A stretch of DNA of 64,000 nucleotides from Adlercreutzia sp. ZJ176 (GCF_011038975.1 NZ_JAAKEC010000015.1:18501-82500), one strand, 5' to 3'; shown: positions 21,163 to 31,431, counted from the first letter of the stretch. Notes: a model not told the origin generated them from the sequence alone. Made by a program: numbers and translations.

Positions 21163-21437
21163 CTGAGCCTCCTCTTCCTCTTCTGCAGGTTGAGCGTGCG
21201 GAGCGACCGCGTGGTCGGAGGCGTGTTCGCGTGGTAGATCAGGATCCCGAAGTCCTTCGCTCGCCCGGTCATCTCGATTATCCGGCCATTCTGGTCTGGC
21301 CCGACAGCCACGTAGTCAACGAGACCGTCTTTTCGCGCGATGCGCGTGCAGACCACCGCGTTTTTCCATGCGTGCGTGATCTGGTTCTCGTCAAGCCCGT
21401 GCTTGAGGGCGTGTTCCGCAATGGCAAGGTAAGACAA
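21144..21437 (-). CDS. BrnT-like (DUF497) toxin
   Basis: 97 aa. The toxin-first order with a following RHH gene matches BrnT/BrnA organisation. The sequence HAWKNAVV...DYVAVGPDQNGRIIEMTGRAKDFGILIYHAN resembles DUF497. Confidence 0.45.
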   Translation of the reverse strand: MSYLAIAEHALKHGLDENQITHAWKNAVVCTRIARKDGLVDYVAVGPDQNGRIIEMTGRAKDFGILIYHANTPPTTRSLRTLNLQKRKRRLRWKPSY

Positions 21438-21450
21438 AATGCTTCCTTAA

Positions 21451-21479
21451 TTCGTCTTACAATAGTATTATAAGACGAA
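21451..21479. promoter_or_regulatory. Perfect 9-bp inverted repeat (TTCGTCTTA-N11-TAAGACGAA) in AT-rich DNA upstream of the brnT-like gene; putative TA operator
   Basis: Read directly: ttcgtcttacaatagtattataagacgaa. It sits 14 bp from the toxin start, in the only AT-rich patch of the region. Confidence 0.45.
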
Positions 21480-21552
21480 AATAGAAGGCCGTCAACGAGA
21501 TGATGCCGTCGTGCCGGGGCGGCGGGTTTGCGCGCCGCCCCGGGGTTGCCTG

Positions 21553-23610
21553 CTAGCGCTGTCGGCGGGACCTTATGCGGGCTGTGATGAGGGCTGCTCC
21601 GGCGGCGGCTGCGAGGGCGGCTGCGAGCTGGAGGGGCCGGGAGCTGTCGCTTGTCCGGGGCAGGGAGCCTGAGGGCGGCGGGCTTGCGACGGCGGTTGCG
21701 TGCTCCTCCTTTGCGGAGACGGTCTGGCTCTCGTCGGCGGAATCCTCATCGGAGGTCGCCTCGCCTGCCGTTTGGTCGTCGAGGGTTCCCAGGTTGACGC
21801 TGTAGCCGTCGCGCGCGATGGTCACGTCGGCGAGCTCGATGAGCTTCAGGTGCTCGTTCGCCGTGACGGGCAGCTCCTCGACGGTGTAGGTGTCGTAGGG
21901 CAGCGCGGAAAGGCTGTCGTCAGCCTTGGTCAGCAAGCCGGCTGAGGTGAGCCCGAACCACACGCCCGCCGATGCGTCGAGCTTCGCCTCGTCGACCGTT
22001 CCGTCAGCGTTGAGCGCGGCGTCGTTGGCGTTGGTGCGGGCCGTGTGCGCGTTCCACGCTGCGCTCGTCTTGGCCTCGCCGTTCTCGTCGGTCACGATGA
22101 CGTGCCACTCGCCCGTGGTCTGCGAGGTGATCTTGAAGGGAATGCCCGAAAGGTGCCCTTGGCTGCTCTCGCGCACCTTCACGAACTCCAGATCCCCTCG
22201 TATGACCTGTTCAGGCACGGTAGGGACATCATAGGTGCTCACGTTTTCGCCTGCGCCCTCGCTCGTGACGTGGCGGACGATCACCTCGCCTTCGTTCGCG
22301 CGGTAGCCTTCGGGCGCCTTCACCTCCTGGATGAGCACGGTTCCCAAGGGGATGGCCGCCTGCCCGCGTGAGTTGCGAAACACGTCTCTGCCCTGCAGCG
22401 TGCGCGCGCTGTCGAGAGGCGCGATTCCCCTCTCGTCGGTGCTCACGAGCCAGGTTGCCGTGGGTGGGCCCGACGCCTCGGCTTGGGCGGGCGTGTCGTA
22501 GGAGCCGCCGAAGTAGCGGACGGAGAACTGCGCGCCTTCCAGGGTTGCTGCGCCTTGCGGCTGGCCGGCGTTCGTCTCGAGGTCGACTTTGGCGAGCCAG
22601 AGGGCGAGGGGGCTGCTCTGCGGGGTCTCCTCCACGTCGATGCGCGCGGTCTGCCCACCCGATATGGGCACCTCGTAGGTCGCGCCGTCAAGCGCGTAGC
22701 CTTCGGAGGGCGCCTTCTCCTTGACGTAGCAGGTGCCCACGGCAAGCCCTTCGGCGCGTGTCCAGCCGTCGGCGTTCGTGGTGAGCGTGGCGAGCTCGGA
22801 CGTGCATGTGCTGTCGCTATACACCCCGTAGGTGGCGCCTGCGAGCGAGTAGCAGTTGTTGTTGCTGGTGAAGGAGAGGTTCGCCGAGGACTTCCACAGC
22901 TCGAGGCTGCCTGTCGGCTTGTGGGGGTACGTCACGACGATGTCCTGCGTCTCTCCGGTGCGCAGGGCATAGCAGGAGTCGACGTAGGCGCGGCGCGTCG
23001 AGCTCGGCAGAGCCTGCCATGCGGCGAACATGCGCAGGTACGTGCCGTCGGGGTTCGCCGACTCGCCCATGCCCGTGTAGCGGACCCACCACTCCTGCCC
23101 TTGGCAAGAGTAGCCGTAGTACTGCCGAAACGCCTGAGAGCAACCGGTGAGGGCGGCGTCGGCGTCCCAGTACATGCGGTCGGCGATGAGGATGTGCGTG
23201 ATGGCGTAGTAGTGGTCGTCGGTCATGGGAGATCCGTCATACCAGGTGGACGGCCACATGGCTGGATCAAACCCCGGACCGCCGTAGCCGTAGTAGAGGG
23301 CCGCCGCAAGGCCTCCTACGTCCGAGTCGACCTTGTAGACGTCACGCAGCGAGAGCCTCGGGTAGGTTCCGGACGCGGGCGTGGGCTTCGAAGGCTGCGC
23401 GCAGTAGGCCGTCCAGCCGCTGCCGTCGGAGAAGAAGGTGGTGTTGTAGTTGTCATAGGAGACGTTGCGTCCTACGGAAATCCAGCCGGTGTCTGCGTAG
23501 GCTTGCCGCGAGCACGCAAAGCTCGTGAGCGGGATGAGGCCCGCTGCGATCGCGAGGGCCAGAAGGAGCCTCGCCGCCCTTGAGGTTGTCCGCCGTCGTG
23601 CTGCTTGCAT
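21553..23610 (-). CDS. Cell-wall-anchored surface adhesin (signal peptide, possible thioester domain, Cna-B/SpaA-like domains, LPxTG-like LPRTS sorting signal)
   Basis: Signal peptide MQAARRRTTSRAARLLLALAIAAGL with an AAAGGAG RBS. Prealbumin/Cna-B-like segments (TNADGWTRAEGLAVGTCYVKEKAPSEGYALDG; TVLIQEVKAPEGYRANEGEVIV). Possible thioester pair TAYCAQPS and ETQDIVV. C-terminus: LPRTSD, hydrophobic stretch, then RIRSRRQR. Confidence 0.7.
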   Translation of the reverse strand: MQAARRRTTSRAARLLLALAIAAGLIPLTSFACSRQAYADTGWISVGRNVSYDNYNTTFFSDGSGWTAYCAQPSKPTPASGTYPRLSLRDVYKVDSDVGGLAAALYYGYGGPGFDPAMWPSTWYDGSPMTDDHYYAITHILIADRMYWDADAALTGCSQAFRQYYGYSCQGQEWWVRYTGMGESANPDGTYLRMFAAWQALPSSTRRAYVDSCYALRTGETQDIVVTYPHKPTGSLELWKSSANLSFTSNNNCYSLAGATYGVYSDSTCTSELATLTTNADGWTRAEGLAVGTCYVKEKAPSEGYALDGATYEVPISGGQTARIDVEETPQSSPLALWLAKVDLETNAGQPQGAATLEGAQFSVRYFGGSYDTPAQAEASGPPTATWLVSTDERGIAPLDSARTLQGRDVFRNSRGQAAIPLGTVLIQEVKAPEGYRANEGEVIVRHVTSEGAGENVSTYDVPTVPEQVIRGDLEFVKVRESSQGHLSGIPFKITSQTTGEWHVIVTDENGEAKTSAAWNAHTARTNANDAALNADGTVDEAKLDASAGVWFGLTSAGLLTKADDSLSALPYDTYTVEELPVTANEHLKLIELADVTIARDGYSVNLGTLDDQTAGEATSDEDSADESQTVSAKEEHATAVASPPPSGSLPRTSDSSRPLQLAAALAAAAGAALITARIRSRRQR

Positions 23611-24018
23611 GGTCGCTCCTTTCTGCGCTGCTGCGCCGAGGGATGTTCGCTTTGCCTCAAGCGTAGCGGGCCCGCCTGGCAGATGCATGGCGGGGGATTG
23701 GCGCATCGTCGCGCGGGGTTGGGCCGGGAGTCGACGCGGCAGGGGGAGGGGCTGCCGCTCGTGCGGGACGCGTGCGGGCAAAAAGGCGCGGCGCGGCGGG
23801 CGGGCGTCTGGCAAAAGCTCGCTCGCAACCTGGCGCGCTTCTGGCAAAATCGCGCAGCGCTTGTAGGTTTTTCTCGCATGCAGGTTGAGCGCGGCTCTGC
23901 TTCCCTATAATGATCAGCGAAAACGCGACGGCGAGCGCGCGCGGGAGCCCTGCGGCCCCCTGCACTGCTCGCCGGGCGCGCCTTCGCGTAAGGCGCGCTG
24001 ATCGGGAAAGCGAGGCCC

Positions 24019-25296
24019 ATGACCACGTTCGTTATGATCATCTGCGCCGTTCTGGCCCTGTGCTTCCTCGTGTTCATCCACGAGGCGGGGCACTTCCTGG
24101 CGTCGCGCGCCTTCGGCGTGCGCGTGACCGAGCTCATGCTGGGCCTGCCGGGTCCGAGCATCGGGTTCACGAAGGGCAGCACGCGCTACGGCGTGACCGC
24201 GGTGCTCTTGGGCGGCTACGCGCGCGTGTGCGGCATGGAGGCCGGCGAGATGAGCCCGCATCTGAGAGACGCGTTGGCGGCGCTGTACCGCCGGGGCACG
24301 GCCACCATGGAGGACGTCGCCGCCGATTGCGGCATCACCGACGACGAGGCGTACGCGGCGCTCGAGGAGCTCGTCGAGTGGGGCAGCTGCTCGGGCCCCA
24401 CGAAGGCAGACCAGTTCAACATGTATCGCGCGCCCGAGGCGCGGCCCACGGGAAAGCAGCTCAGGGCTGCGCGCGCCGCGCATCCCGCAGGTGTGGTGGA
24501 TCCCTCGCTCGCTGTGCGGCCCGCGGCGGCCGCAGCTGGCTCCGCCGCCGCTGACGGCTCCGCCCCTGCGAGCGCTCCTGCCTCTGCTCTCGTGGACGCC
24601 CCGAGCCCCGCTCCCGCCGCGGCCAGCTCCGCGCCCGCCCCTGCTCCCGCTCCCGCCCTCGCGTCCTACGCGCTCGGCGAGCCGCGTCCCGTCAACGACC
24701 CGCAGGCCCTCTTCGACCGCGAGTACGCCCAGCAGTACCGCTCGCTGCCCTTCTGGAAGCGCTCGATCATCCTGCTCGCGGGCCCGTTCGTGAACCTGCT
24801 GTTCACCATGGTCGCGTTCGTCGTGATCTACTCGGTCGTCGGCATCGACCTGCGCTATGCCGACACGGGCGAGGTGTTCCACTTCAACGCCACGCCGCTG
24901 CAGTCCATCCAGATGGGCTTCGCCTACATCGGCATGGTGGTGCAGGCGGTCGCGGGGCTGTTCAACCCGGCGACGGCGGCGCAGACGGTCGAGAGCTCGG
25001 CGTCCATCGTGGGCATCGTCGCCATGTCGGGCGACTTCTTCGAGAAGGGCTTCGTGGACAGCCTCTTCTTCATGGCGATGATCTCGGTGTCGCTCGGCAT
25101 CATGAACCTGCTGCCCATCCCGCCGCTCGACGGCGGCCGCTTCGCGGTGGAGGTGTTCCAGAAGCTCACGCGCAAGACGGTGCCGACGAAGGTGATGGGG
25201 TACCTGACCATCGCGGGCATGGTCTTGTTCCTGGGCTTCTTCGCTATTATGCTGAGCCAGGACGTGCAGAGGCTCTTCACGGGATTCTACTCATAG
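24019..25296 (+). CDS. rseP: Site-2 protease (RseP/M50 family zinc metalloprotease)
   Basis: HEAGHFLASRAFGV zinc motif in TM1, and the downstream LDGG motif (NLLPIPPLDGGRF). The central portion has an Ala/Pro-rich low-complexity insert. Confidence 0.85.
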   Translation: MTTFVMIICAVLALCFLVFIHEAGHFLASRAFGVRVTELMLGLPGPSIGFTKGSTRYGVTAVLLGGYARVCGMEAGEMSPHLRDALAALYRRGTATMEDVAADCGITDDEAYAALEELVEWGSCSGPTKADQFNMYRAPEARPTGKQLRAARAAHPAGVVDPSLAVRPAAAAAGSAAADGSAPASAPASALVDAPSPAPAAASSAPAPAPAPALASYALGEPRPVNDPQALFDREYAQQYRSLPFWKRSIILLAGPFVNLLFTMVAFVVIYSVVGIDLRYADTGEVFHFNATPLQSIQMGFAYIGMVVQAVAGLFNPATAAQTVESSASIVGIVAMSGDFFEKGFVDSLFFMAMISVSLGIMNLLPIPPLDGGRFAVEVFQKLTRKTVPTKVMGYLTIAGMVLFLGFFAIMLSQDVQRLFTGFYS

Positions 25297-25417
25297 GGGG
25301 GCGCGGCGAAGCGGCGGGCCACTCGCCTGCGCGAAGCGGCAGGCTGCCGCCTGCGCGCAGCGGTGGAGCTGCCGTGTGCTGTTCGCGCCCTCGCACCGGA
25401 AAGGAAGGCTGACAGAG

Positions 25418-26494
25418 TTGGGAGAGACAAGAGCGGAGAAGCCGCGCTTCTCCACCCGCCGGGTGACGGTGGGGGGCGTGGGCGTCGGCGGCGGCGCGCC
25501 GGTGGCGGTGCAGTCGATGCTGAACGCGCCCGCGACCGACGTGGCGGCGAACCTCGCGCAGATCGACGCGCTCGCGCACGCGGGCTGCGAGATCGTGCGC
25601 ATGGCCATCCCGCACATCGACTGCATCGACGCGTTCGCAGCCGTCTGCAAGGCGTCGCCTTTGCCCGTGGTCGCCGACGTCCACTTCGACGCGCAGATCG
25701 CCATCGGCGCGGCGCGGCGCGGCGCGGCCAAGCTGCGCATCAACCCCGGCAACATCGGCGGCCTGTCCAAGACCGACGAGGTCATCGAGGCGGCGCGCGC
25801 GGCGGGCATCCCCATCCGCATCGGCGTGAACGCGGGCTCGCTCGACCGTGCGCTCAAGGAGCGGGCTGACCTCACGCTGCCGCAGAAGCTCGCCGTGTCG
25901 GCGGCCGACTACGTGCGCTACTTCGAGGAGGAGCGGGGGTTTGCGGACGTGGTGGTGTCGGCCAAGGCGCATGACGTGCAGGCCACCATTGACACGTACC
26001 GCCTGCTCGCCGCCGAGATCCCGCACGTTCCGCTGCACATCGGCGTCACCGAGGCGGGCACGGCGTTCCAGGGCGTCATCAAGAGCGCGTGCGGCCTCGG
26101 CGTGCTGCTCGAGGAGGGCATCGGCGACACCATGCGCATCTCGCTCACCGACGACCCCGTGCTCGAGGTGCGCGCATGCTGGACGCTGCTCGGCGCCTTG
26201 GGCCTGCGCCAGCGCTCGCCGGAGCTCATCAGCTGCCCCACGTGCGGCCGCTGCCAGGTGGACCTCATCAGCCTCGCGCAGCAGGTGGAGGAGCGCGTCG
26301 CCGCCATCCCCGCGCCGCTCAAGGTGGCCGTCATGGGATGCGTGGTCAACGGCCCCGGCGAGGCCGCCGATGCTGATATCGGGGTGGCTTGCGGAGACGG
26401 CGCGGGAGTGGTGTTCTCCCATGGTAAAATCGTCCGGAAAGTTGACGAGTCGGCAATCGTCGAGGCTCTGATGGAGGAGATAGAGAAGCTATGA
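25418..26494 (+). CDS. ispG: 4-hydroxy-3-methylbut-2-en-1-yl diphosphate synthase (flavodoxin)
   Basis: VAVQSMLNAPATD...EIVRMAIPHID...RINPGNIGG...CPTCGRCQVDL...AVMGCVVNGPGEAADADIGVACGDG. Start assigned to the TTG at 25418 with a GGAAAGGAAGG RBS. Confidence 0.85.
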   Translation: MGETRAEKPRFSTRRVTVGGVGVGGGAPVAVQSMLNAPATDVAANLAQIDALAHAGCEIVRMAIPHIDCIDAFAAVCKASPLPVVADVHFDAQIAIGAARRGAAKLRINPGNIGGLSKTDEVIEAARAAGIPIRIGVNAGSLDRALKERADLTLPQKLAVSAADYVRYFEEERGFADVVVSAKAHDVQATIDTYRLLAAEIPHVPLHIGVTEAGTAFQGVIKSACGLGVLLEEGIGDTMRISLTDDPVLEVRACWTLLGALGLRQRSPELISCPTCGRCQVDLISLAQQVEERVAAIPAPLKVAVMGCVVNGPGEAADADIGVACGDGAGVVFSHGKIVRKVDESAIVEALMEEIEKL

Positions 26495-28245
26495 CCAACG
26501 TAATGCGCATGAGCAAGCTGTACGCACCCACGCTCAAGGAGGACCCGACTGATGCGGAGATAGCGAGCCATCGCCTGCTTCTGCGCGCGGGTATGATCCG
26601 CAAGACGGCGTCGGGCGTGTACACGTTCCTGCCGCTCGGCCAGCGCGTGCTCTCGAAGGTCGAGAACATCGTGCGCGATGAGATGAACGGCATCGGGAGC
26701 CAGGAGATCATGATGCCGGCGCTGCAGCCCTCCGAGCTGTGGCATGAGAGCGGCCGCTGGAACGACTACGGCCCCGAGCTCATGCGCCTGGTCGACCGCC
26801 ACGACCACGGCTTCTGCCTCGGGCCCACCCACGAGGAGCTCATCACCTCGCTCATCCGCAACGAGCTGCGCTCCTACAAGCAGCTTCCCTGCTCGCTGTA
26901 CCAGATCCAGGTCAAGTTCCGCGACGAGATCCGCCCGCGCTTCGGGCTCCTGCGCTCGCGCGAGTTCATCATGAAGGACGCCTACAGCTTCCACGCCACC
27001 CAGGAGTCGCTGCAGGAGACCTACGACGACATGAGCGGCGCGTACGGGCGCATCTGCGAGCGCTGCGGGCTGGACTACCGCCCCGTCGAGGCCGACTCGG
27101 GCCAGATCGGCGGCAAGGTGACCACCGAGTTCATGGCGCTCGCCGAGGCGGGCGAGGCCGAGCTCGTGCACTGCACCTGCGGCTACGCCGCCAACACCGA
27201 GGCGGGCGACTGCCTGGCGCGTCCCACGGTGTACGAGGTCGGCAAGATGGAGAAGATCTCCACGCCCGGCATCCACACCATCGAGGACCTCGCGGAGTTC
27301 CTGGACATCCCGGCCACGTCCACGGTCAAGGCGCTCTCCGGCAAGGACGCCGAGGGCAAGCTGGTGGTCATGTTCATCCCGGGCGACCACGAGCTCAACG
27401 AGATCAAGGCCGAGCGCGCCGTGCCCGGGTTCACGCTGCTGACCGACGAGGAGATGCTCGCGTTCGGCCTGCACAAGGGCTCGATGGGCCCGGTCGGCCT
27501 TCCTGCGGGCGCCCGCGTGGTGGCCGCCACCAGCCTGCAGGCCGTGCCCCAGTGGGTCGTCGGCGCGAACGAGGAGGGCTTCCACTTCGTCGGCGCGCGC
27601 CTGGGCGAGGACTTCCAGGTTGACGCGTGGGCTGACCTCTGCGTGGTGAAGCCGGGCGACTGCTGCCCCTCCTGCGGCCTGCCGCTCGAGGGCGCGCGCG
27701 GCATCGAGGTGTCGCAGGTGTTCCAGCTCGGCACGAAGTACTCCGAGACGATGGGCGCCACCTTCGCCGACGAGGACGGCAACGAGCGCCCGTTCATCAT
27801 GGGCTGCTACGGCGTGGGCGTGTCGCGCACGCTGGCGGCCGTGGTCGAGCAGCACAACGACGAGCACGGCATCATCTGGCCCATGTCGGTGGCGCCGGCG
27901 CACATCTGCGTGGTCCCGCTGACGGTAGGCGACGAGGAGGTGCAGCCCGCCGCCGAGAAGCTCGCGCGCGACCTCGCGGAGGTGGGCTTCGAGGTGGTCA
28001 TCGACGACCGCAACGAGCGCGCGGGCGTGAAGTTCGCCGACGCCGACCTCATCGGCTGGCCGCTGCAGGTGATCGTGGGCAAGCGCGGCCTGGCCGAGGG
28101 CATGGTCGAGGTGAAGCTGCGCCGCACGGGCCAGAAGAAGAACGTGCCGCTCGCCTCCATCGCCGAGCTGATGACCTTCGCGCACCGCAACCTGAAGAAC
28201 GCGCGCCCCGACGGCGTGGGCAGCTTCAACACGATCTTCTCGTAA
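26491..28245 (+). CDS. proS: Proline--tRNA ligase
   Basis: SKLYAPTLKEDPTDAEIASHRLLLRAGMIRKTASGVYTFLPLG, class II aaRS motifs, and a bacterial-type editing insertion. The start overlaps the ispG stop. Confidence 0.9.
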   Translation: MTNVMRMSKLYAPTLKEDPTDAEIASHRLLLRAGMIRKTASGVYTFLPLGQRVLSKVENIVRDEMNGIGSQEIMMPALQPSELWHESGRWNDYGPELMRLVDRHDHGFCLGPTHEELITSLIRNELRSYKQLPCSLYQIQVKFRDEIRPRFGLLRSREFIMKDAYSFHATQESLQETYDDMSGAYGRICERCGLDYRPVEADSGQIGGKVTTEFMALAEAGEAELVHCTCGYAANTEAGDCLARPTVYEVGKMEKISTPGIHTIEDLAEFLDIPATSTVKALSGKDAEGKLVVMFIPGDHELNEIKAERAVPGFTLLTDEEMLAFGLHKGSMGPVGLPAGARVVAATSLQAVPQWVVGANEEGFHFVGARLGEDFQVDAWADLCVVKPGDCCPSCGLPLEGARGIEVSQVFQLGTKYSETMGATFADEDGNERPFIMGCYGVGVSRTLAAVVEQHNDEHGIIWPMSVAPAHICVVPLTVGDEEVQPAAEKLARDLAEVGFEVVIDDRNERAGVKFADADLIGWPLQVIVGKRGLAEGMVEVKLRRTGQKKNVPLASIAELMTFAHRNLKNARPDGVGSFNTIFS

Positions 28246-28323
28246 ACCCGCCTATGACGCGCTTCCGGCGGGCGGCCTGCGACGCGGACGCCGCCCGCCG
28301 GGAGGCAGGAGGAAAGCCGCTGC

Positions 28324-28977
28324 ATGTCACATGAGATACAGGGCGTGCTGTTCGACCTGGACGGCACGCTCATCGACACCCATGACCTGATCCTGTCGTC
28401 GTTTCGCCACGCCACGCGCGAGGTGCTCGGAAGGGAGCTTCCCGACGAGGTCCTCCTGCAGAAGGTGGGGCAGCCGCTCGTGGTGCAGATGTGGGACTTC
28501 ACGGACGACGACGCCACCCACGAGCTGCTCGTGCGCACCTACCGCGAGCACAACCACTCCATCCACGACGCCATGGTGCGCATGTTCCCGCAGGTGGGGG
28601 AGGTGCTCGAGGCGCTTTTGGCGGAGGGGTACCCCATGGGCGTGGTCACGTCGAAGCGGCACGCGCTCGCGCAGCGCGCGCTCGACGTGCTCGGCATCGC
28701 GCCGAGCTTCAAGTTCCTCGTGGGCCCCGACGACTACCCGGCGCACAAGCCCGACCCCGGCCCGGTGGAGCACGGCTGCGACCTGCTCGGCCTGCGCCCC
28801 GACGAGTGCCTGTACGTGGGCGACAGCCCGTTCGACATGCAGGCGGGCAACGGCGCGGGGTGCGTGACGGTCGCCGCCACCTGGGGCATGTTCCCGCCCG
28901 AGGTGCTCGCCGCCGAGAACCCCGACTTCACGCTCGCCTCCATCTCCGAGCTGCCCGCCCTGCTCGCGCGGCTGTAG
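28324..28977 (+). CDS. HAD-superfamily hydrolase (PGP/PpaX-like)
   Basis: VLFDLDGTLIDT (motif I), VVTSKRHALA (motif II), YVGDSPFDMQAGNGAG (motif IV). Confidence 0.8.
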   Translation: MSHEIQGVLFDLDGTLIDTHDLILSSFRHATREVLGRELPDEVLLQKVGQPLVVQMWDFTDDDATHELLVRTYREHNHSIHDAMVRMFPQVGEVLEALLAEGYPMGVVTSKRHALAQRALDVLGIAPSFKFLVGPDDYPAHKPDPGPVEHGCDLLGLRPDECLYVGDSPFDMQAGNGAGCVTVAATWGMFPPEVLAAENPDFTLASISELPALLARL

Positions 28978-29245
28978 GCCGCGCTCGCCCGCGGGCTGCG
29001 GGCTGCGGGCGGCTCGGGCTCGTGGGTCCGCGCGCCTCGCGGGCGTTCGCGCCCGCTCGCCCGCGTCCCGGGCTGCATGCCGCTTCGATGACGGCTCGGC
29101 AACGGCTCGGCAACGGCCCGCTTCCCGGCGTGGTTTTTCGGCGCCCCATGGGCCTGTGCGGCGCGAGGTGGTAACATGGACGGCGGGGCGCGCACGCGCG
29201 ACGCCCTCCTCAGACGGCACAACCACGAGGATTCGGAGGCATACC

Positions 29246-29701
29246 ATGTCGAGCATCACCGATGGGTTCAGGGACGCGTTTCTCGCCGGCGTAGGGGCGG
29301 TGGCCATGGGCGCCGAGAAGTCGAAGGAGCTGGTCGAGCAGCTGATCGCGAAGGGTGAGATCACGGTTGACCAGGGGCGTCAGCTCAACGAGGAGCTCAA
29401 GCACCAGGCCGTCACGGTGACCGCGACCCTGCGCGAGGAGTCGATCGCCGCGCAGCTGTCGGCCATGACGGCGCAGGAGCGCGAGGCGTTCGCCGCCAAG
29501 GTGGCCGAGATGGCCGCCGCAGCCAACGCCAAGGACGCGCTCAAGGACGAGCCGGCTGACGCACCCGCGGCGCCCGAGCCCGCCGCCGCTGAGCCCGCGC
29601 CCGCCGCGCCCGCGCCCGCCGAGCCCGCGCCGGCCGAGCCCGCCGCCGAGCCCGCGCCCGCCGAGGCCGAAGCCCCGCAAGGGGAGGCGCCTGCCCAGTA
29701 G
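29246..29701 (+). CDS. Phasin-like small protein with Ala/Pro/Glu-rich tail
   Basis: MSSITDGFRDAFLAGVGAVAMGAEKSKELVEQLIAKGEITVDQGRQ resembles the phasin/DUF-type amphipathic family. GGAGG RBS. The tail consists of PAEPA repeats. Confidence 0.5.
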   Translation: MSSITDGFRDAFLAGVGAVAMGAEKSKELVEQLIAKGEITVDQGRQLNEELKHQAVTVTATLREESIAAQLSAMTAQEREAFAAKVAEMAAAANAKDALKDEPADAPAAPEPAAAEPAPAAPAPAEPAPAEPAAEPAPAEAEAPQGEAPAQ

Positions 29702-29713
29702 GCAGGCCTCCGC

Positions 29714-31366
29714 ATGGCTGACAACACGCTGCTCAAGTACATATTCAGCGAGCAGGTCGACGTGGACCCCGAGGGGCGCTTCGACCTGTCTCCCAAGACG
29801 CGCCGCGCGCGCATGGCCGAGATCCTGAAGATCGTGCGCAAGCACAAGCTCATGAGCTCGGTCACGCCCGAGGAGTTCCGCGCCATGCTCGAGGACCTGG
29901 GGCCCTCGTTCGTGAAGATCGGGCAGACGCTCTCCACGCGCTCCGAGATTCTCCCGCAGGCGTACTGCGACGAGCTCTCCAAGCTGCAGGCCGAGTGCGA
30001 GCCGCTTCCCTTCGCTGACATGCTCGCCGCACTCGACGCCGAGTACGGCGCGCGCCGCCCGGAGATCTTCGCCGAGATCGACCCCACGCCGCTCGGCAGC
30101 GCCAGCCTGGCTCAGGTGTACCGCGCGCGCCTGGCCTCGGGCGACCAGGTGGCGGTGAAGGTCCAGCGCCCGGGCGTGAAGGCCACCATGGCGCTCGACA
30201 TCGACATCATGCGCATGCTGGCGCGGCGGGCCTCGCACGTGATGAAGGACGACCAGTTCCTCGACTTGCGCGAGGTGGTCGAGGAGATGTGGCAGACGTT
30301 TCTGGAGGAGACGGACTTCCGCCGCGAGGCCGAGAACCTCGAGGAGTTCGCGCGCCTCAACGAGAAGTGCGTGTTCATCGGCTCGCCGCACGTGTATTCC
30401 GAGCTGTGCACCGAGTACGTGCTCGTCATGGAGTACGTCGAGGGCATCCCCATCAACCAGTCCGCGCGGCTTACCGCCGCAGGCTACGACCTCGAGGAGA
30501 TCGGCGTCAAGCTGCTCGACAACTACGCCACCCAAGTGCTCGACCACGGCTTCTTCCACGCTGACCCGCATCCGGGCAACCTCATCATCCGCGGCGGGCA
30601 GATCGTCTACATCGACCTGGGGATCATGGGGCGCCTGAGCGACCGCGACCGCGCGGGGTTCGCGGGCATCATCAAGGCGGTGGGCAACCATGACGCCGCC
30701 GAGCTCAAGGAGGCGCTCATCCGCTTCGCCATCCAGAAGGACAACTCCGCCATCGACCACACGCGCTTCCTCGCCGACCTCGACGGGCTTCTGGCCGACT
30801 ACGGCTCGGTCGGCATCAGCCAGATCGACGTGGGGAACATGCTCAACGACATCATGGCGCTCACGCGCTCGTGCCGCGTGATGCTGCCGAGCTCGGTGAC
30901 GAACGTGGCGCGCGGGCTGGTGACGGTGGAGGGCACGGTGGCCGCCTACATCGCCGACCAGAACATCGTGTCCATCATCAACGACCACCTCAAGCGCACG
31001 ACGGACACCTCCGAGATGCTCGCCTCGGCGCTGCAGGAACTCGCGCTCGCGCTGCGCGCGTCGGGCAAGGGGACGCTCGAGGCGTCGGCCTACGCGGGCG
31101 AGACGCTCAAGATGCTCACGCGCGGCCAGCTCAAGGTGAACATGGAGATGACCGGCTCCGACGAGCCCTTCCGCAAGCTGTCGAAGCTGTTCACGCGCGT
31201 GACCTTGGCGCTCATCGTGGCGGGGCTGTTCATGGGGTCGTCGATGCTGTCGCTGTCGTCGATGGAGCCGCGCGTGCTCGGCGTGCCCGTGCTCGCCGCC
31301 GTCGGCTACGTGAGCGCGTTTCTGCTGTCGGTCTGGATCGTGCTCGACATCTGGCGCCGGAAGTAG
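29714..31366 (+). CDS. ABC1/UbiB-family atypical protein kinase
   Basis: PLGSASLAQVYRARLASGDQVAVKVQRPG, HADPHPGNL, IDLGIMGRL, and two C-terminal TM segments. Confidence 0.85.
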   Translation: MADNTLLKYIFSEQVDVDPEGRFDLSPKTRRARMAEILKIVRKHKLMSSVTPEEFRAMLEDLGPSFVKIGQTLSTRSEILPQAYCDELSKLQAECEPLPFADMLAALDAEYGARRPEIFAEIDPTPLGSASLAQVYRARLASGDQVAVKVQRPGVKATMALDIDIMRMLARRASHVMKDDQFLDLREVVEEMWQTFLEETDFRREAENLEEFARLNEKCVFIGSPHVYSELCTEYVLVMEYVEGIPINQSARLTAAGYDLEEIGVKLLDNYATQVLDHGFFHADPHPGNLIIRGGQIVYIDLGIMGRLSDRDRAGFAGIIKAVGNHDAAELKEALIRFAIQKDNSAIDHTRFLADLDGLLADYGSVGISQIDVGNMLNDIMALTRSCRVMLPSSVTNVARGLVTVEGTVAAYIADQNIVSIINDHLKRTTDTSEMLASALQELALALRASGKGTLEASAYAGETLKMLTRGQLKVNMEMTGSDEPFRKLSKLFTRVTLALIVAGLFMGSSMLSLSSMEPRVLGVPVLAAVGYVSAFLLSVWIVLDIWRRK

Positions 31367-31431
31367 GGCGGCGTGTTACACTAACGGCTCACGTTGAGCT
31401 CCCGTTCCCGATGTTTCGAAGAGGCAGCCCC

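Noticed and set aside
29210-30988. 592-aa minus-strand ORF
   Set aside because: Antisense to the UbiB-family kinase gene, which has clear kinase motifs on the plus strand.
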